This document shows, piece after piece, positions 38,887 to 48,712 of a DNA stretch of 64,000 nucleotides (position 1 is its first letter; every line of letters begins with the position of its first letter). This DNA comes from Syntrophales bacterium (lineage in GTDB: Bacteria > Desulfobacterota > Syntrophia > Syntrophales > PHBD01): NCBI GenBank assembly GCA_963668175.1, contig OY764159.1, forward strand, positions 1,376,001 through 1,440,000. Direction: 5' to 3'. The notes beneath the pieces are model-generated. The model saw only the letters and a list, made by a program, of their open reading frames with translations, was not told where the DNA came from and ran no database searches. The translations under genes and the position numbers were made by a program.

Positions 38887-40587
38887 ATGAGCCCTGTCAA
38901 CGACCATGACCAGCCTGGAATCCCGGTCCCGGAAGACGGACTCAAATATCAGTTCACGGAAAACCACCGGGTCAACGCCCTCCTTAACAAGATGGTCGAA
39001 CAGGTCCAGGCCTTCACGGAAGTCCAGCTGGACCATATCCGGCGCCTGACGCAGATCGGGGCCGCCCTGTCGGCGGAACGAAACATCGAGCGCCTCCTTG
39101 AGATCATCATCGACGAAGCCCGTAAATTCTCAAATGCCGACGGCGGCACCCTGTACATCATGTCCGACGACGGGGACTCTCTCCATTTCGCCATTGTACA
39201 GAACGAATCCCTGAATATCCGTATGGGGGGCACCGGGGGCAGGATTACCTGGGAGCCCGTCGAACTCAAGAACCCCGGCGGGACGCCGAATTACGCCCAG
39301 GTATCGGCCTTCGCCGCCCTGAGCGGAGAAGTCGTCAATATCCCCGATGTCTATAATGCCGAGGGATTCAATTTCGAAGGGACCAAGAAGTTCGACAGCC
39401 ATACGGGGTACCGCTCCCGTTCGATGCTCGTCGTGCCGATGCGGAACCACGAGAACGACATCATCGGGGTCCTGCAACTTCTAAATGCCCGGGACGCGCA
39501 GACGGGAGCCGTCGTCAACTTCTCCTTCGAATCGCAGAGGATGACCGAGTCCCTCGCTTCGCAGGCGGCCGTATCCCTGACCAACCAGCGCCTCATCCTT
39601 GACCTCGAAAACCTGCTCGAATCCTTCATCCGCTCCATCGGTTCCGCCGTGGACGAGAAATCGCCCTATACGGGAGGCCATATCCGGCGCGTCGCCGAGC
39701 TGACCGTCGAGATCGCCCGGAAGGTGAATGAATCCAAGGAGGGGCCCCTGGCCGACGCATTTTTCCGGCAGGACGAGCTCAGGGAATTGAGGATGGCCGC
39801 CTGGCTCCACGATGTGGGGAAGATCGTCACCCCCGAATACGTCATCGACAAATCCACCAAGCTGGAGACGATCTTCGACCGGATCGAGATCCTGAAGACC
39901 CGTTTCGAGGTTTTAAAGCGCGACTACATTATCGAGAAGCTGAAGCGGGGCGAAAAAGTGGATACGTCGGCCGCCTCGTTCTCCGAAGGGGCCGACGGCG
40001 ATCGCCTGAAACAGTTGGAAGAAGATTTGGCCTTTCTCGAAGAGGTCAACCTGGGGACCGAGTTCATGGCCGACGGCAAGCTCGAACGCCTGCAGAAGAT
40101 CGCCGGACGGCGCTGGTCGTGCAGCGGCGACGCGAGGCCTCTTTTAACCGAAGATGAAATCAAGAACCTGAGCATCCGCCGGGGAACCCTGACCGACGAG
40201 GAGCGGGAGATCATCAACAACCACGCCCTGGTGACCATGAAGATGCTGTCCCAGCTGCCCTTTCCCCGCAAACTGAAAAACGTTCCCATCTATGCGGCCA
40301 CCCACCACGAGAAACTGGACGGATCGGGCTATCCCTGGGGATGGAAGGCCGATCAACTGGCGCTCCAGTCGCGCATCCTCGCGCTGGCCGATGTCTTTGA
40401 GGCGCTGACGGCCAGGGACCGTCCCTACAAGCAGGGCAAGACCCTCTCGGAAGTCATCAAGATCATGCAATTCATGGTGAAAGACGGCCATATCGACGGC
40501 AATCTTTTCGATCTTTTCATCAGGGAGCGTCTCCACATCGAATATGCAAAAAGGGAGCTCCCCCCCCGGCAGGCGGACATGGAATAG
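38887..40587 (+). CDS. GAF + HD-GYP cyclic-dinucleotide phosphodiesterase
   Basis: GAF domain (ADGGTLY, TGYRSRSMLVVP), YTGGH, WLHDVGK, HHEKLDGSGYP, ADVFEALTARDRPYK. Confidence 0.93.
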   Translation: MSPVNDHDQPGIPVPEDGLKYQFTENHRVNALLNKMVEQVQAFTEVQLDHIRRLTQIGAALSAERNIERLLEIIIDEARKFSNADGGTLYIMSDDGDSLHFAIVQNESLNIRMGGTGGRITWEPVELKNPGGTPNYAQVSAFAALSGEVVNIPDVYNAEGFNFEGTKKFDSHTGYRSRSMLVVPMRNHENDIIGVLQLLNARDAQTGAVVNFSFESQRMTESLASQAAVSLTNQRLILDLENLLESFIRSIGSAVDEKSPYTGGHIRRVAELTVEIARKVNESKEGPLADAFFRQDELRELRMAAWLHDVGKIVTPEYVIDKSTKLETIFDRIEILKTRFEVLKRDYIIEKLKRGEKVDTSAASFSEGADGDRLKQLEEDLAFLEEVNLGTEFMADGKLERLQKIAGRRWSCSGDARPLLTEDEIKNLSIRRGTLTDEEREIINNHALVTMKMLSQLPFPRKLKNVPIYAATHHEKLDGSGYPWGWKADQLALQSRILALADVFEALTARDRPYKQGKTLSEVIKIMQFMVKDGHIDGNLFDLFIRERLHIEYAKRELPPRQADME

Positions 40588-40626
40588 CGGCGTTCGGCCA
40601 GTCATAATTCAAGCAGACAGACAAAG

Positions 40627-40660
40627 AAAAGGGAGGATACGGTAACGCATCCTCCCTTTT
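40627..40660. terminator. Bidirectional rho-independent terminator
   Basis: AAAAGGGAGGAT...ATCCTCCCTTTT between convergent genes. Confidence 0.85.
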
Positions 40661-40686
40661 GTTATTGGTTCGTTCTTAAACGCCTC

Positions 40687-42528
40687 TTACGGTCTGGCAT
40701 CGGGCGGTGCATCGGCCGGAATGACCGGACAGTAGACGACATCGCGTTCGTCGTTCATGCCGATCGGTTTTTCCGTCTTGAGCAGCTGGAACCACACCCG
40801 GATGTTCTCCGCGATGATGATGAAGACCAGGATGATGATACCGATGGACAGCCAGGCGTTCAGCATCTGGTTCCTTGCCAGGTACATCTTGACGTTCAGG
40901 AATCCCGCCGCAAAAGTCGTGACCGTCACGAAGACGCAGGGGATGGCCGTGACCAGGGCGTACGCCTTCTTTGTCGCGATCCTTAAGATGATCGTCGTGC
41001 CGATGGCCAGGGCCAGCGAGGCCAGCGTCTGGTTGGTGGCGCCGAACATGGGCCAGATCGAGGAAATATCGCCGGTATAGAGCAGATAACCCCAGCAGAT
41101 GGAAACGATGGCGCTGGTGACGACGGAGCCGGGGATCCAGTCCTTCCGGGCGAGCGGCTGGTAGATATAGCCCAGGATGTCCTGGAGGATGTAGCGGGCG
41201 ACGCGTGTTCCGGCGTCGATGGTCGTCAGGATAAAGAGGGCCTCGAACATGATGATGAACTGGAACCAGTATTTCATCGTGTGGCGCAGCCCTTCGCCGA
41301 TGTTGGCGAAGACGTGGGCCATGCCGACGGCCAGGGAGATGGCGCCTCCCGGACGGCCGGCGACGTCCAGGCCGACAAGTTGGCTCAACACCGGCAGATC
41401 GATGACCTGCATGCCGAGCTTCTGGAAGACCGCGGGAGCCGTATTGATGGCGAAATAATCGGCCGGTTGCAGCGTGACCGCCGACAGGAGGGCCATGACG
41501 CCGACGAAACCTTCCGTCAGCATGGCGCCGTAGCCGATCATGGGGATTTCCGTTTCATGCTCCACCATTTTCGGCGTCGTTCCCGAGCCGATAAGGGCGT
41601 GGAACCCTGAGATGGCCCCGCAGGCAATGGTGATGAACACATACGGCCACCAGGGACCCGGGATGATGGGGCCGCCGCCGTCCATGAATTTTGTCGTAAA
41701 GCCCATGTTAACCATGGGGTTTACGAAGAAAAGACCTACCGCCAGGGCAGCCACGACGCCGATCTTCATGAAGGTGCTGAGATAGTCGCGCGGAGCCAGG
41801 AGCAGCCAGACGGGAAGAGCCGCCGCGCAGAAACCGTAAAGCGGGAGCAGCACCGACACTTCTTTCTTGTTGAAAGTGAACCAGGAAGCGTAGCTGGATT
41901 CAGCGATAGTAGGCCCGAAAAAGACCGCGGCGCAGACCAGGATCACGCCGACGATGGAGCCGGACATAATCGCTCCGGGTTTGATCCGGAACATGTAGAC
42001 GCCGATGACCATGGCGATGGGAATGGTCATGGCGATGGAAAAGACGCCCCACGGGTTGTTGAACAGGGCGTTCACGACGGCGACGCCCAGACCGGCCAAA
42101 GCGACGATAATAATGAAGAGGATGACGACAGCCGTAACGCCGCCCGTCAGTTTGCTCACGTCTTTCTGGGCGATGACCGAGAGCGACTGGCCCTTGTGCC
42201 GGTAAGACGCGAAGAGGACGATCATGTCATGGACGCAGCCGGCGAAAACGGAACCCAGGAGGATCCAGAAGAAACCGGGTCCCCATCCGTACTGGGCTGC
42301 GAGAACCGGACCGATAAGAGGGCCGGCGCCGGCGATGGCCGCAAAATGATGCCCGAAAACAACCCACTTGTTGGTTGGGACATAGTTCTGGCCGTCGTTG
42401 CAGGTGATGGACGGGGCGATGTTCCGGTCATCCAGCATCAGCACCTTGGCACCGATCCAGGCTGCATAAAAACGGTAGGCCAGCGCAAAAACGCATAAAG
42501 CTGTAACCATTAAAATTAATGCACTCAT
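40687..42528 (-). CDS. cstA: Carbon starvation protein A family transporter (CstA/BtsT; pyruvate or peptide uptake)
   Basis: GHHFAAIAGAGPLIGPVLA, APRDYLS, ITIACGAISGFH, FILTTIDAGTR, WPMFG. Confidence 0.95.
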   Translation of the reverse strand: MSALILMVTALCVFALAYRFYAAWIGAKVLMLDDRNIAPSITCNDGQNYVPTNKWVVFGHHFAAIAGAGPLIGPVLAAQYGWGPGFFWILLGSVFAGCVHDMIVLFASYRHKGQSLSVIAQKDVSKLTGGVTAVVILFIIIVALAGLGVAVVNALFNNPWGVFSIAMTIPIAMVIGVYMFRIKPGAIMSGSIVGVILVCAAVFFGPTIAESSYASWFTFNKKEVSVLLPLYGFCAAALPVWLLLAPRDYLSTFMKIGVVAALAVGLFFVNPMVNMGFTTKFMDGGGPIIPGPWWPYVFITIACGAISGFHALIGSGTTPKMVEHETEIPMIGYGAMLTEGFVGVMALLSAVTLQPADYFAINTAPAVFQKLGMQVIDLPVLSQLVGLDVAGRPGGAISLAVGMAHVFANIGEGLRHTMKYWFQFIIMFEALFILTTIDAGTRVARYILQDILGYIYQPLARKDWIPGSVVTSAIVSICWGYLLYTGDISSIWPMFGATNQTLASLALAIGTTIILRIATKKAYALVTAIPCVFVTVTTFAAGFLNVKMYLARNQMLNAWLSIGIIILVFIIIAENIRVWFQLLKTEKPIGMNDERDVVYCPVIPADAPPDARP

Positions 42529-42719
42529 AAAGCCTCCTCCTGTTTAGGATTTAGGGAAACAATAATGGCATGACGGTCCCCCTCGGACCGCCGGAAACGC
42601 CTTTAGCGGCGGTCGATATGCCTCCGCCGTTTTTTCTTATGCGTCTGCCTTCTCTTAAGGATATTAATAGGCCCTGGAAGGCGTTGTATGCAATCGGTAT
42701 CCGGCAAGTGGCTGTATAA

Positions 42720-42780
42720 AATGCTGAGCGGTCGGCATGGGGAGTAACGGGCTTTAACGGGGGGAAGGCGATACGGGTGA
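42720..42780 (-). promoter_or_regulatory. Possible BtsR/LytTR direct-repeat binding region
   Basis: Minus strand carries ACCGCTCA (matching the BtsR half-site) and related CCCGTTA repeats upstream of cstA. Spacing is not canonical. Confidence 0.35.
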
Positions 42781-42866
42781 TGCGATTCATGAGATCCATA
42801 AGCCCCTGCCGCGCCCCCATTCTTTATCTACTTTGCTGAAATGTCAAGGATTATTGTTTCCCTGTC

Positions 42867-43577
42867 CTAAAAAACGAGCCTCTCTTTGAGCAATTTCAGG
42901 TATCTCCTGCTCACCGGGACGCGTTTTCCCGACTTTGTCTTGATTTCCGCCAGCATGTTCTCCTGGAGGATGATTTCATCGACGAGATCCATGTTGATCA
43001 GGTACTGTTTGTGACAGCGGACCAAGGCGGTCCTCTCTTCCAGGACCTTCAGCGTCAGGTCCGTAAAAAACTCGCCATTGGGGCATGAGACGTAGATGCC
43101 GGTCTGATTGGAGTGGACGTACTCGATGTCGGCAAGGCTGATCAGCTTGATCCGGTTGACGATGATACAGGGGATGCGGTGGATGTCGGGACCCTTATAG
43201 ACGGGCCTGTTGCCTTCCCTGACCAGCCTTTTCAGCTTCTGGACCGTCTTGCCCAGGCGTTCGGACTCCACCGGCTTCAGAAGGTAGTCGATGGCGTTTT
43301 CATCGAATGCCTTGATGGCGTAGCTGTCGAAAGCCGTGACGAAAACGACGTGGGGCATATCGTCCCGGTCGATCATGCCGAGGCACTCGAAGCCGTCGAT
43401 CACGGGCATCTGGATGTCGAGAAAGAGAACGTCGGGTTTCTTTTCCTTGATGGTCTTGATGGCGTCGAGGGCGTTGCCGCATTTGCCGACGACCGTGAAC
43501 TCGCCCGTTTCCGTGAGCAGGGAGTCCAGCTCTTCCCGGGCGTAGATCTCGTCGTCGACGATGACGGTACGCATCAT
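42867..43577 (-). CDS. btsR: LytTR-family response regulator BtsR/YehT
   Basis: IVDDE, FLDIQMP, VFVTAFD, DYLLKP, RCHKQYLIN, PVSRRY. Confidence 0.9.
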   Translation of the reverse strand: MMRTVIVDDEIYAREELDSLLTETGEFTVVGKCGNALDAIKTIKEKKPDVLFLDIQMPVIDGFECLGMIDRDDMPHVVFVTAFDSYAIKAFDENAIDYLLKPVESERLGKTVQKLKRLVREGNRPVYKGPDIHRIPCIIVNRIKLISLADIEYVHSNQTGIYVSCPNGEFFTDLTLKVLEERTALVRCHKQYLINMDLVDEIILQENMLAEIKTKSGKRVPVSRRYLKLLKERLVF

Positions 43578-45265
43578 GGCCTGTCTTCCTCCGCGGGGAC
43601 CTGGATCGTCACACGGGTCCATTCGTTGGGAACGCACTGGACGCTTGTACCGTACCGGTTGCCCATGAGCGTCTTGATCCGCCTGTCGACGATCTTGATA
43701 CCCAGGCCGTCGCCCTCTGTCCGATCGAAGTAGGTTCCCGCATTGTCTTCGATCTCGATGACGGCGGTGCCGTTGTTGCGGAAAGCGTGGATCTTGACGA
43801 CACCGTTTTCCAGCATATTCGAGATGCCGTGTTTGATGGCGTTTTCGATCAGGGGCTGGAGCGTGAAGGCGGGCACGGCGAGCTTCAGAAGGCTCGGTTC
43901 GATGTCCATTTCAATGATCAAACGGTCGTCGAACCTGGCTTTCTCGATCTTCAGATAGGAATTGACCTGGTCAAGCTCTTCTTCCAGTGTCGACAGGTCG
44001 CCGGTGCGCTTCAGATTCTTGCGGAAGAATTTAGACAGGTGGATGAGGAGGTCTCTTGCACGGTCGGCATCCGTACGGATGATGGAAATGATCGTATTGA
44101 GCGTGTTGAAGAGGAAGTGGGGATTCACCTGGGCCTGGAGCAGCTTCAATTCGGCGGCCATGAGCAGATTCTTCTGGGTTTCATAGCGGGAGATGAGGAG
44201 CTGGTTGGAAAGGAGGCTGGTGATGCCTTCGCCGAGCGTCTTGTTCATGTTGAGAAACTTCTTGTTCTCCGGTTCGTAGAGCTTGATCGTGCCGATGACG
44301 CGGCTGTCCAGGTTGAGGGGGGCGATCAGCACGGAATGAAGCGGGCATTTTGGCGAATGGGGACATCTGTAGCTGTCGAATGTGCCGTCGATGAAGATGA
44401 CCCTGTTTTCGTCGATGGCCTTCTGACAGAGATCGGACGCGATGGGAACGCCCGACGGGTGGTGGTCCGCGCCGTCGCCTACGAAGGCGAGTACGTTCTG
44501 TGTGTCCGTAATAGCTACCGCGCCGACGCCTGTTTCTTCGTGGATGATGCGGGCGAGATCTGCCGCCGTCTCGCGGTTGAGGCCGCTGCGCAGGAGATTC
44601 AACGTCCGTTCCGCGATCTTGAAGGCCTTGGCCGACGAAAGGGCCGCGACCCGGTCGTAGATGTTCTTCTGGTCCCGGAGGATGCTCATGAAGAGGGCTG
44701 CTCCCATGGAGCTGGAAATGGTCATGGGCAGAATAATGACGGTGACCAGGGCGAGGGCGTCGGCATAGGGCCGCGACACGGCGAGGATAATGGCCATTTG
44801 GACCAATTCCGCGAAGAAGGCCGTGAAGAAAGCGGTCTTGGGGTCGAAAATCAGTTCCGTTCTGTTCTTCCGGAGGATGTAGACATGGACCATGCCGCCG
44901 ATCAGGCCCTCCACCGTCGTGGACAGCCCGCAGGAAATGGCCGTGAAACCGCCGAAGAAATAGCGGTGGAGTCCTCCCGTGAAACCTACGACCGTTCCGA
45001 GAATGGGCCCTCCGATAATGCCGGCGAGCACCGGTCCGATCGCCCTGGTGTTGGCGATGGCGTCCTGGATAGGCATGCCCAGGTACGTGCCCATCACGGA
45101 TATCAATGAAAAGAAGAAATAGAGATAGATTTTGTCCCTGAGGCTTAAGGATTCGGCGGTCAGAGGCTTGAACCAGGGCGATTTACAATACAAGTAGGCC
45201 ACGACCAGGAAGACGGCCATTGCCTGAATGAGATGAAGAAATACGTTCATATGAAAATCCGTCAC
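43574..45265 (-). CDS. btsS: LytS-family sensor histidine kinase BtsS/YehU
   Basis: ANTRAIG membrane domain, GAF, LQAQVNPHFLFNTLN, LQPLIENAIKHG. Confidence 0.92.
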   Translation of the reverse strand: MTDFHMNVFLHLIQAMAVFLVVAYLYCKSPWFKPLTAESLSLRDKIYLYFFFSLISVMGTYLGMPIQDAIANTRAIGPVLAGIIGGPILGTVVGFTGGLHRYFFGGFTAISCGLSTTVEGLIGGMVHVYILRKNRTELIFDPKTAFFTAFFAELVQMAIILAVSRPYADALALVTVIILPMTISSSMGAALFMSILRDQKNIYDRVAALSSAKAFKIAERTLNLLRSGLNRETAADLARIIHEETGVGAVAITDTQNVLAFVGDGADHHPSGVPIASDLCQKAIDENRVIFIDGTFDSYRCPHSPKCPLHSVLIAPLNLDSRVIGTIKLYEPENKKFLNMNKTLGEGITSLLSNQLLISRYETQKNLLMAAELKLLQAQVNPHFLFNTLNTIISIIRTDADRARDLLIHLSKFFRKNLKRTGDLSTLEEELDQVNSYLKIEKARFDDRLIIEMDIEPSLLKLAVPAFTLQPLIENAIKHGISNMLENGVVKIHAFRNNGTAVIEIEDNAGTYFDRTEGDGLGIKIVDRRIKTLMGNRYGTSVQCVPNEWTRVTIQVPAEEDRP

Positions 45266-46686
45266 CTTTTCGGTGGCCCTCCCTTGACCATGGCGGGCTT
45301 GTCCGTCAGCGACTTGATTGCCGCCTCGATATCGTCGGCCCTCTTCGTCCCTTTAGGGAAGAAGGGTATGGCAGCCCGCAGGTGATAGAGGGCGGTGTCC
45401 GTCTTGTTGTTCTTCTTGGCGTGAAGGCCGAAGAAATAGTGCATATCGCCCGGGCGGTTCATCTTTCCATAGGCGAGGGCAATGCTGTAGTACAGATCGG
45501 GATCCTCGACCGGCCTGTCTTCTATCCGCTGAAACAGGGCGAGGGCCGAACCGTAATCTTCCAGGGCGGCGTAAGACCGTCCCATGTACTGGATCGTGTC
45601 CGTATCCGTCGGGTTAATGTCCATGGCCTTCTGCAGCACGGCAATGGCCTCCTTGGGTTTCCCCAATTTGAAAAAAGCGATCCCCATGTCCCTGAGGATA
45701 TCTTCGTCGCCGGGGGAGAGTTTCACCGCCTGGCGGAAGTAAGCGAGTGAGCGGTCCGCCTGCCCGAGCTTGTAAGCGGTGACGGCGGCCCCATATAAAT
45801 CATCGACGTCGTTGGGATTTGTGGCCAGGTTCTCTGTGAAATGCTTCAGGGTCGACTCCAGGCTGGTGCTGCCGAAAAGGAGAACGGTCTGCACGCGTTT
45901 GAAGCCGCCGATGATGTTGTCCCGGCCCCGCTGCCTGTAGGTCGTCTGCAGGAGGGCGTCCATGTATCTTATTCTTTCGTCAGTCCCGGGATGGGTCAGG
46001 AAGTAAGACGGAACGCTCTTCGAATAATATTCGTAGCGGCGCATGAGCTTCATGAAATCAGGCATCCCCTGGGGGTTATAGCCCGTCGCCACGAGGGTCG
46101 CCATGCCCATCCGGTCCGCCTCTTCTTCGTGCTCGCGGCTGTATTTCAGGGTCAGGGTCGTGGCCGTGGCGAGGGAAAACCCCATCACCGCCGCTCCCAG
46201 GTCGCCCCCGCCGCCGAGAAAGGCCGCCGCCAGCATGGCCGTGATGGTGGCGATATTGATCTTCGTCGCCTTATCGACGATCTGCGCGATATGCCGGCCG
46301 TTGACGTGGGCGATTTCATGGGCGATGACACTGGCCAGCTGCGATTCGTTTTCCGCCAGGTTGATGAGGCCCCGGTTCAAATAAATGTAGCCGCCCGGCG
46401 TCGCGAAGGCGTTGACCGCCGAACTCTTGATGACGTAAAAATGGAATTCGAAGGGCGCCTTGTCGCTTTTGGCGAGGACCATGTTGCCCAGCCTGTTGAT
46501 GTAATCGTTGATCTTCGGGTTGCGCAAAAGGACATTGGCCTTTTCCATTTTTTCATAAAACTCACGGCCGATCTTCTTTTCGTCTTCAATGGTAAAAGAC
46601 GCCCGGGCCGTTCCGGCCGGCTGCACGACGAGAAGGCAGCAGACAACGGCCGCAATGATCATCCGTTTCAATCGTAATAGTTGCAA
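45262..46686 (-). CDS. M48-family metalloprotease with TPR repeats (BepA/YfgC-like)
   Basis: NAFATPGG, HEIAH, YSREHEEEAD, LTHP and C-terminal TPRs. Probable TTG start at 46686 after GGAGG. Confidence 0.9.
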   Translation of the reverse strand: MQLLRLKRMIIAAVVCCLLVVQPAGTARASFTIEDEKKIGREFYEKMEKANVLLRNPKINDYINRLGNMVLAKSDKAPFEFHFYVIKSSAVNAFATPGGYIYLNRGLINLAENESQLASVIAHEIAHVNGRHIAQIVDKATKINIATITAMLAAAFLGGGGDLGAAVMGFSLATATTLTLKYSREHEEEADRMGMATLVATGYNPQGMPDFMKLMRRYEYYSKSVPSYFLTHPGTDERIRYMDALLQTTYRQRGRDNIIGGFKRVQTVLLFGSTSLESTLKHFTENLATNPNDVDDLYGAAVTAYKLGQADRSLAYFRQAVKLSPGDEDILRDMGIAFFKLGKPKEAIAVLQKAMDINPTDTDTIQYMGRSYAALEDYGSALALFQRIEDRPVEDPDLYYSIALAYGKMNRPGDMHYFFGLHAKKNNKTDTALYHLRAAIPFFPKGTKRADDIEAAIKSLTDKPAMVKGGPPKR

Positions 46687-47009
46687 TTTTATTCTACCTC
46701 CGCCCGTCATCTTACCTAATAAACGCTCAATGATAAAGGTTTTTTTTCGGAAGGGGAACATCGGGAAAACCGCGCAGCATTTACGGTTTTATCCTTTGCC
46801 CATAGATTTTTAGGTTTGCACGGTGCCGATTTGCCAACTTGACAAACAGGTGAATTGATCTTAGCATACGCAATGTCGATATGCGGACCGCAGCCTTCCA
46901 ACCGTGCGGGTTGGAAGGACTAACGCCGCTGCAAGTCCTGGCGGCGGAGCATCTAAACCATTGCCAAGCACGATTTACGGGGCTTAGCCGCCTCGACAAA
47001 GGAACCTCT

Positions 47010-47948
47010 ATGCCGTTCAATCTGCCCATCAATACGGAACATTCGCCTAACGCCGTCCTGGAAGTCATCCTGCGGCTGAAGATCAAGGACGCGCTGTTTC
47101 ATGAGATCGTGAAGGCCGACCTGAACTATACGATGAGGGAAATCCAGTGTCTCATGAAAGAGAAGAAGGTATCCGGCGTGCCGATCGTCGAAGACGATCA
47201 TATCGTGGGGATGGTCAGTGTCAACGATATCATGACCGCCCTCGACGAGGGAAGCATAGAGGACAAAGTGGAAGGACACATGGCGAAATCCTTGATCCTT
47301 CTGGAAGAGGATATGCCCCTGGCTTTTGCGATCAACCATTTCAACAAGTTTCCCTACCGTCGTTATCCCGTCATTGACAAGAATAAAAAATTGGTGGGCA
47401 TGATCACGAGCCGGGATATCCTTGTGGCCCTGCTTCATGAATTGGATAAGGAAATCAAAGAGCTGGAGAGTAAAATCGAGGGGGAGCGCATCGAGGTGCC
47501 GGACCATGTGTTCAAGGAGTTCCATCTCAAGCGCTATGACCTGGAAAGCGCCGGGCGTTCTTCCTTCGAGATCAAGAAGGTCCTGAAAGAAAGAAAAGTG
47601 CCCCAGGATATCATCCGCCGGGCGTCGATCGCTTCCTATGAGTTGGAGATCAATGTCGTGATCCATTCTGAAGGAGGCAAACTGGTCTTCTTCGTGGACG
47701 ACAAGTCGGTCACGATCATCACCAAGGATTGCGGGCCGGGTATTGCCGACGTGTCGCTGGTCCTCCAGGAGGGATACTCGACGGCGAACGAATGGATCCG
47801 CTCCCTGGGATTCGGCGCCGGGATGGGAATACCGAATACCCGGCGGGTTTCCGACGAATTCGACATCCATTCCCAGGTGGGACGGGGAACGACCGTCAAA
47901 TCGGTCATCTGGCTGGATAAGGGTCAGGAAGCGATCGGTCAGGCCTGA
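47010..47948 (+). CDS. CBS-pair + RsbT-like anti-sigma/serine kinase (HATPase) fusion
   Basis: CBS motifs SGVPIV and RRYPVID...GMITSRDI. Kinase motifs YELEINVVIH, DCGPGI, GYST, GFGAGMG. Confidence 0.85.
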   Translation: MPFNLPINTEHSPNAVLEVILRLKIKDALFHEIVKADLNYTMREIQCLMKEKKVSGVPIVEDDHIVGMVSVNDIMTALDEGSIEDKVEGHMAKSLILLEEDMPLAFAINHFNKFPYRRYPVIDKNKKLVGMITSRDILVALLHELDKEIKELESKIEGERIEVPDHVFKEFHLKRYDLESAGRSSFEIKKVLKERKVPQDIIRRASIASYELEINVVIHSEGGKLVFFVDDKSVTIITKDCGPGIADVSLVLQEGYSTANEWIRSLGFGAGMGIPNTRRVSDEFDIHSQVGRGTTVKSVIWLDKGQEAIGQA

Positions 47949-48129
47949 AGCCGCCGCAGATTATTTGCGTTACCCGAACCTTGCGTGGACCCTTCATCGT
48001 TCGTGGCGAGAATCCATGATTATCCGCAGCCGACGACATCCCGCGCTCTTGCATTCCGTATTTGGGAATTTTCAACGATCCCCTATCCGGGACAGCGGAC
48101 GACATCCGGCGGACCGATGGGGGGATTGC

Positions 48130-48624
48130 CTATTCCGTCAACCCTTTGTCGTGAATTGCTTCGATACGGTCGGCGGCGTCGCCGATGAGCCGGCTGGTGG
48201 GTCCCGAGAGGGTGTGGTGGAAGTCGAAGTCGTAGCCGCGGATGGAGACGATGTGCCCTTCCGGCTCCCTTCCGTAGATGGCCTGAAGGAGGGCGAGGAA
48301 CATGGACGGCGAGATCTGATGGGTGAAAGCGGACGTGGCGTCTTCGGGCAGAACGCGGGCCGAATAGAGATCGCCGCGGTCCTCTCCGACGTGGGCGTCG
48401 ACGAAGACGATCCGCCCGTAAGGGGCCGTGATGTCCATCAATTCCGGCGCAAGCTGATTCAGGAAAATCGCATCCACCGACTCTCCCAGCTCTTCCAGTC
48501 CCGTTTCGTCTTCGGCCAGCAACCTTTGGCCGCGGCGCTCCCGTAAGGTATTCACTACGTAGTACGCGACGCCGTCGTCGGCGCGGTCGCGGTTGCCGAA
48601 ACCGATCACGAGGGTGCGGTTCAT
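48130..48624 (-). CDS. Hydrogenase maturation endopeptidase (HoxW-like)
   Basis: LVIGFGNRDRADDGV, QLAPEL, IVFVDA, FTH. Confidence 0.9.
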   Translation of the reverse strand: MNRTLVIGFGNRDRADDGVAYYVVNTLRERRGQRLLAEDETGLEELGESVDAIFLNQLAPELMDITAPYGRIVFVDAHVGEDRGDLYSARVLPEDATSAFTHQISPSMFLALLQAIYGREPEGHIVSIRGYDFDFHHTLSGPTSRLIGDAADRIEAIHDKGLTE

Positions 48625-48712
48625 CGCCTCTCCGCTTTGCAAAAAAAGGGCGCAAGCGCCTGAACCCACGGGGATTCAAACGCTTGCGCGCGTTGTCGGT
48701 TAATGTTTGCGC

